Virus record (IMG/VR): IMGVR_UViG_3300025000_000057
Source of the DNA: a virus
Lineage: Duplodnaviria; Caudoviricetes
DNA length: 64,000 bases
Direction: 5' to 3' (one strand)
Shown: positions 9,796 through 18,532 of the stretch, one piece after another
How positions within the stretch are numbered: the stretch's first letter is position 1
Layout of the letters: the number at the start of each line of letters is the position of its first letter
Notes under the pieces: model-generated
What the model was told of the DNA's origin: nothing
Databases searched by the model: none
What the model saw: only the letters and a program-made list of their open reading frames with translations
Made by a program: the position numbers and the translations under genes

Positions 9796-10212
9796 ATGAA
9801 TGAACCAGTTTTAGGCAAGGCGGAACCTCATGGATATGATCATAAACCTATTACCTGGGGTGCCTTTTTAAAACTAAGAGAGGCTGCTCAAAAGGTAGCT
9901 GATAGTTTTGGTTATCCTGTTTATCTCGTAGGTTCTGCGTTACATAAAGAGATACCAAGGGATGTAGATGTATCAGTTATTATACCTTTAGATAAATATG
10001 AAGAACTATTTAAAAAACTACCTGAAAAACAGGAATATTATAGCGCTTACTTAGGAAGAGTATTTCATCGGTCTTGGCAATATACCTGTCATCTGCATGT
10101 ATGTGATATTGAATATCATTTAGACATCAAAGTATGTCCTAATACATGGTGGATTGATAAACCTAAAATGTTATTAGCAGAACCAGGGAATAATGATAGG
10201 GGTGTTATATGA
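9796..10212 (+). CDS. Minimal nucleotidyltransferase-fold protein
   Basis: YLVGSALH-x4-RDVDV motif (Pol-beta superfamily GS...DxD). Confidence 0.65.
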   Translation: MNEPVLGKAEPHGYDHKPITWGAFLKLREAAQKVADSFGYPVYLVGSALHKEIPRDVDVSVIIPLDKYEELFKKLPEKQEYYSAYLGRVFHRSWQYTCHLHVCDIEYHLDIKVCPNTWWIDKPKMLLAEPGNNDRGVI

Positions 10213-10445
10213 TGTCAGAATCCATTGAATTTATAGAAGTTGCAGAAGGTGTCAAATGCCCCTGTGGTTATATTGATGCTACAAAACCTGTTGGAATACC
10301 GTTCTCACAAATATCCTGTCAAATGAGTGGCTGCAAAGGTTGCAAACACTTTAACGGCACAGAATACTTCACAAGAAATATCCCAAAAGGCGTAGGGATA
10401 TGGGCCAAGGAACAGCTTAAGGAGATGAAGAAAAGTGGCTCGTAG
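10209..10445 (+). CDS. Small Cys-rich protein
   Basis: CPC...C-x4-CxxC. Confidence 0.65.
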   Translation: MMSESIEFIEVAEGVKCPCGYIDATKPVGIPFSQISCQMSGCKGCKHFNGTEYFTRNIPKGVGIWAKEQLKEMKKSGS

Positions 10446-10764
10446 GAAGTCTATTATAGAAGCCATAGTAGATGGTGATTCTCTCAGACCAGTTCACCAA
10501 GAACTTGATGCCTGGGCTTTTGAATTAGAACAGGCTATCAAACAGGGTAATTATGAAAACCGAGGTAAGATACAGAGGAAACTCGCCGCAGTCTGGAAGG
10601 CTCGGGATAAAGCATATTGTAAACATAGAGCTAATCATGAGAATCCATCTGGACTTACAAGTGCCGAACGTAAGAATGCCGGATTTCCCATACCTCCATC
10701 TCCATCGCCGACTCGTATGGTTAAAGAGGGAGCTAAACCTCGTGGTATGAAAACTATAAGTTAA
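10435..10764 (+). CDS. Basic hypothetical protein
   Basis: 109 aa, AAGGAG RBS. Confidence 0.65.
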   Translation: MARRKSIIEAIVDGDSLRPVHQELDAWAFELEQAIKQGNYENRGKIQRKLAAVWKARDKAYCKHRANHENPSGLTSAERKNAGFPIPPSPSPTRMVKEGAKPRGMKTIS

Positions 10765-10797
10765 TGTATCTTAAAATGCTAATAGCGGGAACAACAT

Positions 10798-10831
10798 GAT
10801 TAGAGGACGTTATCATTAACGTCCTCTAATC
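10798..10831. repeat. Perfect 15-bp inverted repeat
   Basis: gattagaggacgtta-tcat-taacgtcctctaatc. Confidence 0.8.
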
Positions 10832-10852
10832 ACTCCCACGGGTTGAAGATCC

Positions 10853-11269
10853 TTGCGAATCAGCTGTTATACTATCAACATTAGATTATCCATTAATACA
10901 CTGTATATACCATACAATATTTGGAAGAACGAGCTGTTCCTTAAGAGAATCCATGTCAAATCGGAGGTAAATTATAGAGTGCCTATCTTATTAATATCGC
11001 CAGTAAACTTAAACGAATACTCACCCATATTACACAGGGTTATCTTTGATAACTATAAATTAGGTTGGCTCATGGAGTTTTCTGATTACGTACATTACTC
11101 AGTTTGGGGTATCGCGAAGAACGAAGCTCAGGCTCTTAAAATTGCTACCGATTGTCTTAATATCTACGAGGGTATCACGCCCTTGCTCTACAAATTGCCG
11201 GTAGGCAAATCGTTGAGCCTCGAAGAGGCGAAACTGATTAAAGAGAACTCTAAAAAATTGTTAGTTTAG
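10853..11269 (+). CDS. Hypothetical protein; start uncertain (possibly near 10950)
   Basis: Open frame; the best RBS (GGAGGT) is internal at about 10962. Confidence 0.5.
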   Translation: MRISCYTINIRLSINTLYIPYNIWKNELFLKRIHVKSEVNYRVPILLISPVNLNEYSPILHRVIFDNYKLGWLMEFSDYVHYSVWGIAKNEAQALKIATDCLNIYEGITPLLYKLPVGKSLSLEEAKLIKENSKKLLV

Positions 11270-11289
11270 AATCTAATATGAATAAGCAT

Positions 11290-11323
11290 AAAACAAGACC
11301 TCGTGCAAACGAGGTCTTGTTTT
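11290..11323. terminator. Bidirectional intrinsic terminator-like hairpin
   Basis: aaaacaagacctcgt-gcaa-acgaggtcttgtttt. Confidence 0.8.
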
Positions 11324-11536
11324 GTTTAAGGGCCCTATATACTGAAAAATTTGTACATATATATTTAAATTCGCGTGTTTGTTGTGTTTAAGAGGGAGGG
11401 AAGTGGGGAGGTTTCAGGTGGGGCCTATAAGAGGATAGATAGATATATTTTTGATTGGTACCAGAACTAGGTATACAAGAAGATTCACGCTGTTCAATGC
11501 CCCACCGGGTAAATAATAACTAAAGGAGGAGATATT

Positions 11537-11680
11537 ATGACTAAGAAAGAGATTAAGAAAGTACAAGAGTATGTACGTAGTGTTGGGATTAAGACTAGTT
11601 TACAACTGGATAGGGTTAAACTAATTGAGTTCTGTAAATGGGCTGCTGAACGTGGTGTTATATTCTTGGATAGGAGGTAA
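11537..11680 (+). CDS. 47-aa protein (not in ORF track)
   Basis: AAAGGAGGAG RBS; MTKKEIKKVQEYVRSVG...FLDRR*. Confidence 0.7.
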   Translation: MTKKEIKKVQEYVRSVGIKTSLQLDRVKLIEFCKWAAERGVIFLDRR

Positions 11681-11685
11681 GTATT

Positions 11686-11829
11686 ATGTCAGAGCATGTG
11701 TGTATGATGATTGATGAATTCAGTCTCATAGATGATGTACGTAAGCAAGTCGTACATCTAGGGGATTCAGTTATGTTCTTATGGCACGATGAGGAAGGCT
11801 TTCCTTACGTGCAAACAGTTAAGTACTAG
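11686..11829 (+). CDS. 47-aa protein (not in ORF track)
   Basis: AGGAGGT RBS; MSEHVCMMIDEF...TVKY*. Confidence 0.7.
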   Translation: MSEHVCMMIDEFSLIDDVRKQVVHLGDSVMFLWHDEEGFPYVQTVKY

Positions 11830-11860
11830 TATCTTATCATTCTTTTAAGGAGGTGACATC

Positions 11861-11953
11861 ATGAATTATTGGGGTATCTTTGTTCTTATCTTTGTTATAG
11901 TTAGTGTATTTAGTGGTATGTACGTTATTAGTAAAGATGACTCTTTAAACTAG
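11861..11953 (+). CDS. 30-aa single-pass membrane peptide
   Basis: AAGGAGGTG RBS; MNYWGIFVLIFVIVSVFSGMYVISKDDSLN*. Confidence 0.65.
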   Translation: MNYWGIFVLIFVIVSVFSGMYVISKDDSLN

Positions 11954-11954
11954 C

Positions 11955-12110
11955 CATGAGTGGTACACTCAGCCTTGTACGTGCAGTGGTTAAACGTCAC
12001 TACAGCGTAGACGGAACCGTTGCCCATATGGGCAAGCGTCGTAGTAGTGCAAACACGGTGATTAAACAGGTCACCCTTTTAAGCAGCACACTAGCCTTAC
12101 TAGTGTAGTA
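11955..12110 (+). ncRNA. Candidate structured RNA or leader
   Basis: Nested helices cactac/gtagtg, gacg/cgtc, ttgccc/gggcaa, plus tgagtg/cactca, ggtga/tcacc, acactag/ctagtgt. Confidence 0.4.
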
Positions 12111-12146
12111 GAAGGAAGCGTTTATTTAAAGGAGGAGGAGATACAC

Positions 12147-12710
12147 ATGATGATAATAGAGGTATGGGAAGACTTACGTAGTGAGTTTCCTGAATTAAAT
12201 GATGTACCTGAATTACAGATTAACAGTAGAGTATCTTGTACCTATGGTGCAGCTATTGCACTAGAGACTATGCCTTTAGACTTTGTAACAGAGGCTCTGA
12301 TGATAGAGCAAGGGTTACACATACATGAGGATTGGAAGAGTATATTAGACCGTATGTTAGATGGCTCTGTAGAATCACTAATTGGTATAGTTAAAGGGGT
12401 AATTCCTAATCCTGATAATAATGACCTGCTACGTTTTGCATTATTACATGAGGCAGGTCATTGGTTTGATTATAAAGCTTCTGGTCTTGATGCAGTAGCT
12501 TATCTTACATTAATGAATAATGCACATATGGAAACACTTATTAATGCAGAATCTCTTACCTTTATGACAGGTAGGGATTCATGGCCTGAGAAACCAGCTG
12601 ATGATTATGCTATCAGTAAACTTAGGCAGTACCATAGTAAGCGTGTTACTGGTATGAGTACTTATATTAAGCATGTTTTTAATAAGTTAGTAAGCTGCTT
12701 AATTAAGTAG
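12147..12710 (+). CDS. Zincin-like HExxH protein (ImmA/IrrE-like)
   Basis: FALLHEAGHW; later PEKPADDYA. Confidence 0.6.
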   Translation: MMIIEVWEDLRSEFPELNDVPELQINSRVSCTYGAAIALETMPLDFVTEALMIEQGLHIHEDWKSILDRMLDGSVESLIGIVKGVIPNPDNNDLLRFALLHEAGHWFDYKASGLDAVAYLTLMNNAHMETLINAESLTFMTGRDSWPEKPADDYAISKLRQYHSKRVTGMSTYIKHVFNKLVSCLIK

Positions 12711-12718
12711 GTAGATTG

Positions 12719-12744
12719 AACCCAGGTGTATGTGCCTGGGTTTT
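12719..12744 (+). terminator. Intrinsic terminator
   Basis: aacccagg-tgtatgtg-cctgggtttt just after the stop codon. Confidence 0.7.
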
Positions 12745-12774
12745 ACTGTGCCTATCACTATAAGCTAAAGAGCC

Positions 12775-12895
12775 GCGCCTGTCTGGTCTTGTAAATACAT
12801 ATAACCAGATAACAGGTCACCGCAAGGGAGCGCCCGCATGTGACGGGATAATAGCCATGACTTAGAGATTAGCTGAGCTTAGATTCTAAGTATAG
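12775..12895 (+). ncRNA. Candidate structured leader RNA
   Basis: cctgtctggt/accagataacagg, gtcac/gtgac, acttaga/tctaagt next to the RBS. Confidence 0.35.
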
Positions 12896-12910
12896 AAAGG
12901 AGGTGCCATT

Positions 12911-13201
12911 ATGCTAGAGATGATTAAAGGTTTCTTTAATACCTGTGTTGGCTATGTGAAGAGTTTGTTTATTAGAACAGACAGTGGTAATTTAACAACA
13001 GGTCAGACTATAGTAGCTTGTGTAGTTGCCGCTGTTACAGCTTATGTTCTTTTCCCCGTTATTGTTTATGTTAGTCAGTGGGGTGCATTATTAGGTTTGT
13101 ATGCTGGTTTCTTTCTTACCATGTTCACTGTTTTATTTGCTATTAATTATGTAGTAGCTACCGCTTTGAGGCATGCCATTAGACATAATTACGCTGCGTA
13201 G
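12911..13201 (+). CDS. Small membrane protein
   Basis: Two hydrophobic segments; AAAGGAGGTG RBS. Confidence 0.75.
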   Translation: MLEMIKGFFNTCVGYVKSLFIRTDSGNLTTGQTIVACVVAAVTAYVLFPVIVYVSQWGALLGLYAGFFLTMFTVLFAINYVVATALRHAIRHNYAA

Positions 13202-13273
13202 TGCTTATACCGTGATACCTAGATATTCTTCATCAAGGTTAGATATAGTTGGATATCTAGTACCAAGTATTCC

Positions 13274-13311
13274 CCCTTGTCGAACTCTTACCAGTAAGAG
13301 TTCGACAAGGG
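13274..13311. repeat. Perfect 17-bp inverted repeat
   Basis: cccttgtcgaactctta-ccag-taagagttcgacaaggg. Confidence 0.85.
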
Positions 13312-13379
13312 TTATTTAAATTCCTGCTTTACACTAAATTAATTTATTGCCGAATATACGGCGGAAAGGGGTATGTCAA

Positions 13380-14591
13380 ATGACAACCTTTAATCAAATG
13401 ATGGAAGATATGCAAGCTGCTAATGTACAGTATCAAATGTTAATGAATCTGGAATATGTTAGCTACGATTACTGCCCTGTTGTTACTGGTATGTGTAGCA
13501 ATACTATGTTCTGCAGTGCTTGCCCTGAATTAAATAAATTAAATAATAAGGAGGAAGTTAAAATGATGAATATTAATAACCAGTTTGAAATGTTGATGGG
13601 TGAAGTTGCTGAGGATTACTGTCCGATAGTTAATGATATGTGTGATAATCATCGTTGCACTACTTGCTTAGATATGGCTCTGTACAATACCGATTATAGT
13701 ATTCTCCCGGTTGCCGATGAGTTTGAGATTACACCGGTAGTTGCCCCTGTTATTACCCCGACTGCCGGCTTGAGTAAGATGAAGAAGGCTGAGCTGATTA
13801 ATGAATTAACCATGGCGCGTGAGCGGTATGATAACCTCTATGAGGCACATTCAGAGATGAGCCATGATTACTTTACCCTGGTTAATGACGAGTCGGATTA
13901 CTGTGATACCTGTGATGTAGTAGCTGGTTTAGAAACCCGTATTGATAATGCCATTCAGGTGTACAAAGAGCAAGAGGCTGTTATTGCTGCCCTGCGTCAG
14001 AGCTTGCTAATTGCCTGTAATAATAACACTGCCAAAATGGGTGTTGTCATGAATAACGTACTAAAGAATGCTCCAGCTGTTAACCAGGAGTTAATCAAGA
14101 GCTATAGTGCCCGCAATGCTAAGCCTGCACCGGCACCGCAAACTCAGGTTACCGTACCGCCGGTTGTAACTATTGAGACTGTAGAGCCTGTTTACACAGA
14201 GCAGCCCTGGATGATAAACAGCATCATTAAGTTCCAAGGTAAGAAAAAGGGCACCGCTGTTATACCGGTAGTAGACGCTACTTGTCCCATTTGCGGTAAG
14301 AATGGTATACCCATTGATGAGGCTAACTACAGCCATAGGAAGTTTGTACCGGGTACTGCAATTTGTGCTCATTGTCAGAAAGCAATCCGTGATGCTAATT
14401 TCATACCTCAGATTAAAGCATTAGTAACTAGTAGTACTCATACTGACAGCATAGTGAATGTTATAAAAGCCGCTCTTAATATCAATCAAGCTCCTGTAGT
14501 GGCTGAAATAGTTGGACAAAGTAATACCAGCCTAGATAATGTTAGACAAGCTCAAGATGCTGGTGTAGATATCTCAGATATGAAGTTCTAA
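13380..14591 (+). CDS. Protein with duplicated N-terminal Cys motif, coiled coil and C-terminal Zn finger
   Basis: DYCPVVTGMC...CSAC and DYCPIVNDMC...CTTC; CPIC...CAHC. Start moved to ATG 13380 after AAAGGGG. Confidence 0.7.
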   Translation: MTTFNQMMEDMQAANVQYQMLMNLEYVSYDYCPVVTGMCSNTMFCSACPELNKLNNKEEVKMMNINNQFEMLMGEVAEDYCPIVNDMCDNHRCTTCLDMALYNTDYSILPVADEFEITPVVAPVITPTAGLSKMKKAELINELTMARERYDNLYEAHSEMSHDYFTLVNDESDYCDTCDVVAGLETRIDNAIQVYKEQEAVIAALRQSLLIACNNNTAKMGVVMNNVLKNAPAVNQELIKSYSARNAKPAPAPQTQVTVPPVVTIETVEPVYTEQPWMINSIIKFQGKKKGTAVIPVVDATCPICGKNGIPIDEANYSHRKFVPGTAICAHCQKAIRDANFIPQIKALVTSSTHTDSIVNVIKAALNINQAPVVAEIVGQSNTSLDNVRQAQDAGVDISDMKF

Positions 14592-14611
14592 TAGTATTAT
14601 ATTGTTTTTAT

Positions 14612-15090
14612 AGTCTCATAATATATACATGTCGTACTAAGTATAGGTGGTATACTATTTTGAGACTAGCTAACATTATGAGATTATCAGACACTAATTG
14701 TGTCAGGAGTCTCATAATGTATAGCTAACGTATTAAGTCTAGGTGATACATTATTATGAGACTATTATCTAGCTTTGTATCTATACTTAAGATATTTAGT
14801 CCTAATAAACCATATACCATTTCTTGCACGGCGTAACCATCCGTCTTCTCTAAGTTGTTTGATCATACTTTCTTTACCTATTTCTATACCTATATTGATT
14901 AGGTATTCTCTAATAGTAGAGGTATCGAAGTCTTTAAGTTCGTTACCTTTTATTCTGAAGATAGTCGCTCTACTCTTATTGAGTAAGCTTGCGACCTCTT
15001 CTGCATTTAGAAACATCTATTGTCGGCACCCTCTCTATATAGTATCATTTATATAGTCTGACTGGACTGACACATGGCATTTATGAGACT
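14612..15090. repeat. Six copies of TATGAGACT in both orientations around the HTH gene
   Basis: AGTCTCATA 14612 and 14708; TTGAGACT 14660; TATGAGATT 14677; TATGAGACT 14755 and 15082. Confidence 0.75.
14765..15016 (-). CDS. Small HTH DNA-binding protein (excisionase-like N-terminus, antirepressor-like C-terminus)
   Basis: LNAEEVASLLNKSRATIFRI; IGKESMIKQLREDGWL; GAGGGTG RBS. The only credible minus-strand gene after 3.5 kb. Confidence 0.65.
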   Translation of the reverse strand: MFLNAEEVASLLNKSRATIFRIKGNELKDFDTSTIREYLINIGIEIGKESMIKQLREDGWLRRARNGIWFIRTKYLKYRYKAR

Positions 15091-15434
15091 AATTATAATC
15101 TTATATAGATTGGTTTGTCAAACTCGATACCCGGCTTTACGGCCAACACCTTTTATTATTACTCTACTATGGGCTCCCCTGAGCATTGAGGTAGGGCGAG
15201 GTGAGGTAAACCCGGGTATCAAAACTCTCATGTTTATGCTTTATTTACGCTATTTACGTGAACATTTAAAAAGCTTTATTTCTATTGATTCCCCGTATTT
15301 AAAGGTTTTTGCCCGTTTATTCACTGTTTATATCCTATGAGAAACTCTCCCTGGCACGTCCCGACCAAGAGGGTATTTTTCATAGGCTATGATGTGACAG
15401 TGGTACACTTATAAAGAGGGGAGGTGATACAGGG

Positions 15435-15665
15435 ATGTCTAGTAAGGTAAAGCATTCTAAGACTTATGTTGTGCATCATAGAGGTAGGAGTGCTGCTCGT
15501 GGTTGTGTTATTTTTGGCAGGTATAGGGTAGGTGCACGTAGTGAAAGAGAGGCTATGGTTCTTTTACGGAGAGTAGTTGGTAAGCATAGTAAGGTTAATG
15601 TTTATTTTGAGGTAAGGGAGGAGGAGAGGTTATTACCTTATGGTGTGGTGATACAGGATTGTTAG
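15435..15665 (+). CDS. Basic hypothetical protein
   Basis: GGGAGGTG RBS. Confidence 0.75.
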   Translation: MSSKVKHSKTYVVHHRGRSAARGCVIFGRYRVGARSEREAMVLLRRVVGKHSKVNVYFEVREEERLLPYGVVIQDC

Positions 15666-15728
15666 GAGGAAGCGATACAGGTGGAGGGACATTTTTTTAG
15701 TTCTATACTCGATTAGGGAGGTGATATA

Positions 15729-16001
15729 TTGTCTTTTCCTAGACGTTGTTATAGGTGTCTTTACCGTAAGTGTGTTACTAGAAGGGAAGCTGATCCACCT
15801 TGTATTGAATGCCTTCCTAACTCAAATAATACAACTGGTTATGCTTACTTCGAATCGTGTGGAGAGGTACCATACTCTAAATGCTTCTTATGTATTCTGT
15901 TAGATAAGAATACCAGTGTATGTGCTAATTGTTTATTAGATTACTTCGATGGTCTAGGTCTTACCTCATTCTCTCTTATGATAGGAGGTGATATAGATTA
16001 A
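15729..16001 (+). CDS. Cys-rich paralogue 1
   Basis: CYRCLYRKC..PCIEC..YFE..PYSKCFLC..CANC. Confidence 0.75.
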   Translation: MSFPRRCYRCLYRKCVTRREADPPCIECLPNSNNTTGYAYFESCGEVPYSKCFLCILLDKNTSVCANCLLDYFDGLGLTSFSLMIGGDID

Positions 16002-16299
16002 CTCTAGTGATAAGAAGAGGTTTCACATTATTATAGGTGCGGCAAGGGGTATCTTGACATCCCCTACATGGCCCGTTCAGAGTGACAAACATGGGTTTTA
16101 TTCTAAGGGTAAGTTAATACCTTATGTGTGGGTAAGAGGTATGTTAGATGATCATAGGGTGCAGATATACTATTTTGAGGGATGCTCACCTATTGTGTTG
16201 ACTAAGGAAGACGATACCCATGTCAGGGTAGAGTGTGGCGGCAAGGTAGGACGTTTTGTTACCCAGGGTGATGAATTTACATGGTCTAAATGGAGGTGA
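15997..16299 (+). CDS. Hypothetical protein, probable ATT start
   Basis: Frame opens at ATT 15997 directly after GGAGGTGATATAG; first canonical start is TTG 16054. Confidence 0.6.
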   Translation: MNSSDKKRFHIIIGAARGILTSPTWPVQSDKHGFYSKGKLIPYVWVRGMLDDHRVQIYYFEGCSPIVLTKEDDTHVRVECGGKVGRFVTQGDEFTWSKWR

Positions 16300-16304
16300 T
16301 ATAG

Positions 16305-16568
16305 ATATTTAAGAATTGTGCATTCTGTTTATACTTAGGTTGTTCTAATAAGACTGATAACCCATGTGAGCATTGCGCTCCCGGTTGGGAGTTTACCTAC
16401 TTCGAATATGTTAGATATTTTCCATGGGAGTACTGTCTTGAATGCAAGAATCTTAAGCATTTACAAAATACCTTCTCTCAAGGTTTATCTAGTTCTATAT
16501 GTGGAAAGTGTATTGAAACTTACATGAGAGGTGAAGGTTTGTCTAGTTTTAATTCTATATTAGATTAA
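16305..16568 (+). CDS. Cys-rich paralogue 2 (ATA start; not in ORF track)
   Basis: IFKNCAFCLYLGC..PCEHC..YFEYVRYFPWEYCLEC..CGKCIETY; preceded by GGAGGTGATATAG. Confidence 0.75.
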   Translation: MFKNCAFCLYLGCSNKTDNPCEHCAPGWEFTYFEYVRYFPWEYCLECKNLKHLQNTFSQGLSSSICGKCIETYMRGEGLSSFNSILD

Positions 16569-16573
16569 AGGAA

Positions 16574-16840
16574 GTGAATCTATTGATCAATCGTTATAGA
16601 GTGTGCAGTAGTTGCCTATATGTTGAGTGCTTAAGAGGCGTTGGCGATACTATATGTTATGAGTGTTGTACTATAGGAGATAATGCTTATCATGAGTTTG
16701 CAAGATACTTTCCATGGAGGTATTGTCTTAGCTGCAATAGAATATCCATGTTAGGTAAGAAAGGTTTATGTTCTGAGTGCATCGTATACTATATGAAAAG
16801 TGGTAGATGCATTAACTATAATTTAGAGGTGGTATCATGA
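16574..16840 (+). CDS. Cys-rich paralogue 3
   Basis: CSSCLYVEC..CYEC..YHEFARYFPWRYCLSC..CSECIVYY. Confidence 0.75.
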   Translation: MNLLINRYRVCSSCLYVECLRGVGDTICYECCTIGDNAYHEFARYFPWRYCLSCNRISMLGKKGLCSECIVYYMKSGRCINYNLEVVS

Positions 16841-17127
16841 CTCATGCTGTTAATCTAAAGCTATCATTGGATGATATTCTAGTCTCATTGTGTGATACTC
16901 AGTGTTTGTATACTAAGTGTACAGTATTTGATAGTACGCCTTGTTTAACTTGTAGAGATAATCCAAATAGACCTTACTTTGAGTGTAGAGATAGAATCTC
17001 TATGGCACTACACCCTTGTTTAAAATGCGAACGTTACACTAGTCTAAAGAATCTCTCTAATTCCTGCAGATTATGCCTATGGGTATACGGGATGAAGAGA
17101 GTCTTTCCATATTTCAAACCTATATAA
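16837..17127 (+). CDS. Cys-rich paralogue 4
   Basis: CDTQCLYTKC..PCLTC..YFEC..PCLKC..CRLC. Confidence 0.75.
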   Translation: MTHAVNLKLSLDDILVSLCDTQCLYTKCTVFDSTPCLTCRDNPNRPYFECRDRISMALHPCLKCERYTSLKNLSNSCRLCLWVYGMKRVFPYFKPI

Positions 17128-17131
17128 GGAG

Positions 17132-17413
17132 GTGTTTATTATCTTAGGGAAATATGCATACTGCCCTAGTTGTTTATACCATAAATGTATTGAACGTAGC
17201 TCGGGTGGTGAAGACGAACCATGTGCTGAGTGTAGGAGTCGTAAATTCTTTGAGTTTAAAAGAATGTTTCCATGGAATTATTGTGTTAGATGTATTAGGT
17301 ACTCAGACCTTGTAAAGGGTTCAGATGTTTGTACAAGTTGCGTATTCCTGTATATGTACAATAACGATAAGGTACCTGAAAATTATAAGGAAAGAGGTAA
17401 ACTAGATGAATGA
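17132..17413 (+). CDS. Cys-rich paralogue 5
   Basis: CPSCLYHKC..PCAEC..FEFKRMFPWNYCVRC..CTSCVFLY. Confidence 0.75.
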   Translation: MFIILGKYAYCPSCLYHKCIERSSGGEDEPCAECRSRKFFEFKRMFPWNYCVRCIRYSDLVKGSDVCTSCVFLYMYNNDKVPENYKERGKLDE

Positions 17414-17702
17414 TACTTACCCAAAGGGTTGTTGGTCTTGTCTATATGTTAACTGTGGTGTAGCCGCTCAAGATAAGGCCCGAGCAATGGATTCACCGTG
17501 CCTTGAATGTACTAGTAGAACCGTAGACGGGGAGTATGTACTATATCCTTACTACGAGAGGGCTATCTTATCATGGCAAGATTGTTCTATCTGCAAACAT
17601 AAAGGTAACCCAATGGCTGATTGCGTTTTCTGCAAGACAACTAAGACTAACTACGGAGTATATGCATACTTCAGTAAATGGGAGGGTAATGACCGTGAGT
17701 AA
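17406..17702 (+). CDS. Cys-rich paralogue 6
   Basis: CWSCLYVNC..PCLEC..YYE..SWQDCSIC..CVFC. Confidence 0.75.
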   Translation: MNDTYPKGCWSCLYVNCGVAAQDKARAMDSPCLECTSRTVDGEYVLYPYYERAILSWQDCSICKHKGNPMADCVFCKTTKTNYGVYAYFSKWEGNDRE

Positions 17703-17943
17703 AGAGCAGCAAGCAGCTGAGATAGTCGTTAATGCTATCAAGTATGGGTGTCGGAAAGGTGCCCAGGCATTTGATAAAGGCGTAGATTTATACCAGCAAC
17801 TTGGTGACCATACCTATAAGTACACTCCAGATGAAGCTCCTAACGTAAAGCGTGTCGTTGGGGGTTTCTTTGCTTTAACCGGAGGTACCTTAGGTATCAC
17901 TCGAAGCCTAGCTAAGTTCTTCTTTAATAAGGCTTTTAAGTGA
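17689..17943 (+). CDS. Hypothetical protein
   Basis: Start moved to ATG 17689 after GGGAGGG. Confidence 0.65.
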   Translation: MTVSKEQQAAEIVVNAIKYGCRKGAQAFDKGVDLYQQLGDHTYKYTPDEAPNVKRVVGGFFALTGGTLGITRSLAKFFFNKAFK

Positions 17944-18090
17944 TATTTGGTAGGCCCGTATTAAGAGGAAGAGTAGTTAATGGTATGTAGACTCAGTCCT
18001 TGTTATTTCAAGGGTGGTATAAGGGCGGAGTATAATACTATACAAACCCTAATACTTGCTACATGATAGTAGTGAAAAGAGGTGAATTTA

Positions 18091-18249
18091 GTGCTCTCTA
18101 GAGAGTACATGGAAAAGAAATTATCCGAGTGGACTACGTATCCTGAAGGATGGATACGTAGTTTATCTGATAGCAAACTCTACTCCGTTTATAGAAAGAC
18201 CAGCTTAGAGGTGCTATCAAATATACGTAAAGATTGGGGGCTAGAATAA
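18091..18249 (+). CDS. 52-aa protein (not in ORF track)
   Basis: GAGGTG RBS; VLSREYMEKKLSEW...WGLE*. Confidence 0.6.
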   Translation: MLSREYMEKKLSEWTTYPEGWIRSLSDSKLYSVYRKTSLEVLSNIRKDWGLE

Positions 18250-18452
18250 TGGAAATTTGTCCAGAGTGTGGTAAGGAATATGATATCATGATTCACTTAT
18301 ACTGTCCCGAGTGTATAGACAAAGAGTATATACCTAAGACCACTCCACGTAAGAAAGTAAAGTTATACAGTACCGATGCTCCTGGTAAAAGTGTTTGCGG
18401 GAGTTGCCGTGGTGTTGGTTGCGTAGGATGTCAGCCTAACCGTTATTTATAA
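18249..18452 (+). CDS. Small Zn-ribbon protein
   Basis: CPEC..CPEC..CGSCRGVGCVGC; TAATG coupling. Confidence 0.7.
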   Translation: MEICPECGKEYDIMIHLYCPECIDKEYIPKTTPRKKVKLYSTDAPGKSVCGSCRGVGCVGCQPNRYL

Positions 18453-18478
18453 GGTTAACATATAGACCCTGGGTAGGG

Positions 18479-18514
18479 TTCACTTCTATTGTTGAGATAA
18501 ACAATAGAAGTGAA
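18479..18514. repeat. Perfect 15-bp inverted repeat
   Basis: ttcacttctattgtt-gagata-aacaatagaagtgaa. Confidence 0.8.
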
Positions 18515-18532
18515 CATATATAGGAGGCAGAT

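Noticed and set aside
15074-15340. 88-aa ORF
   Set aside because: No RBS, opposite base skew to the real genes, and it overlaps repeat elements.
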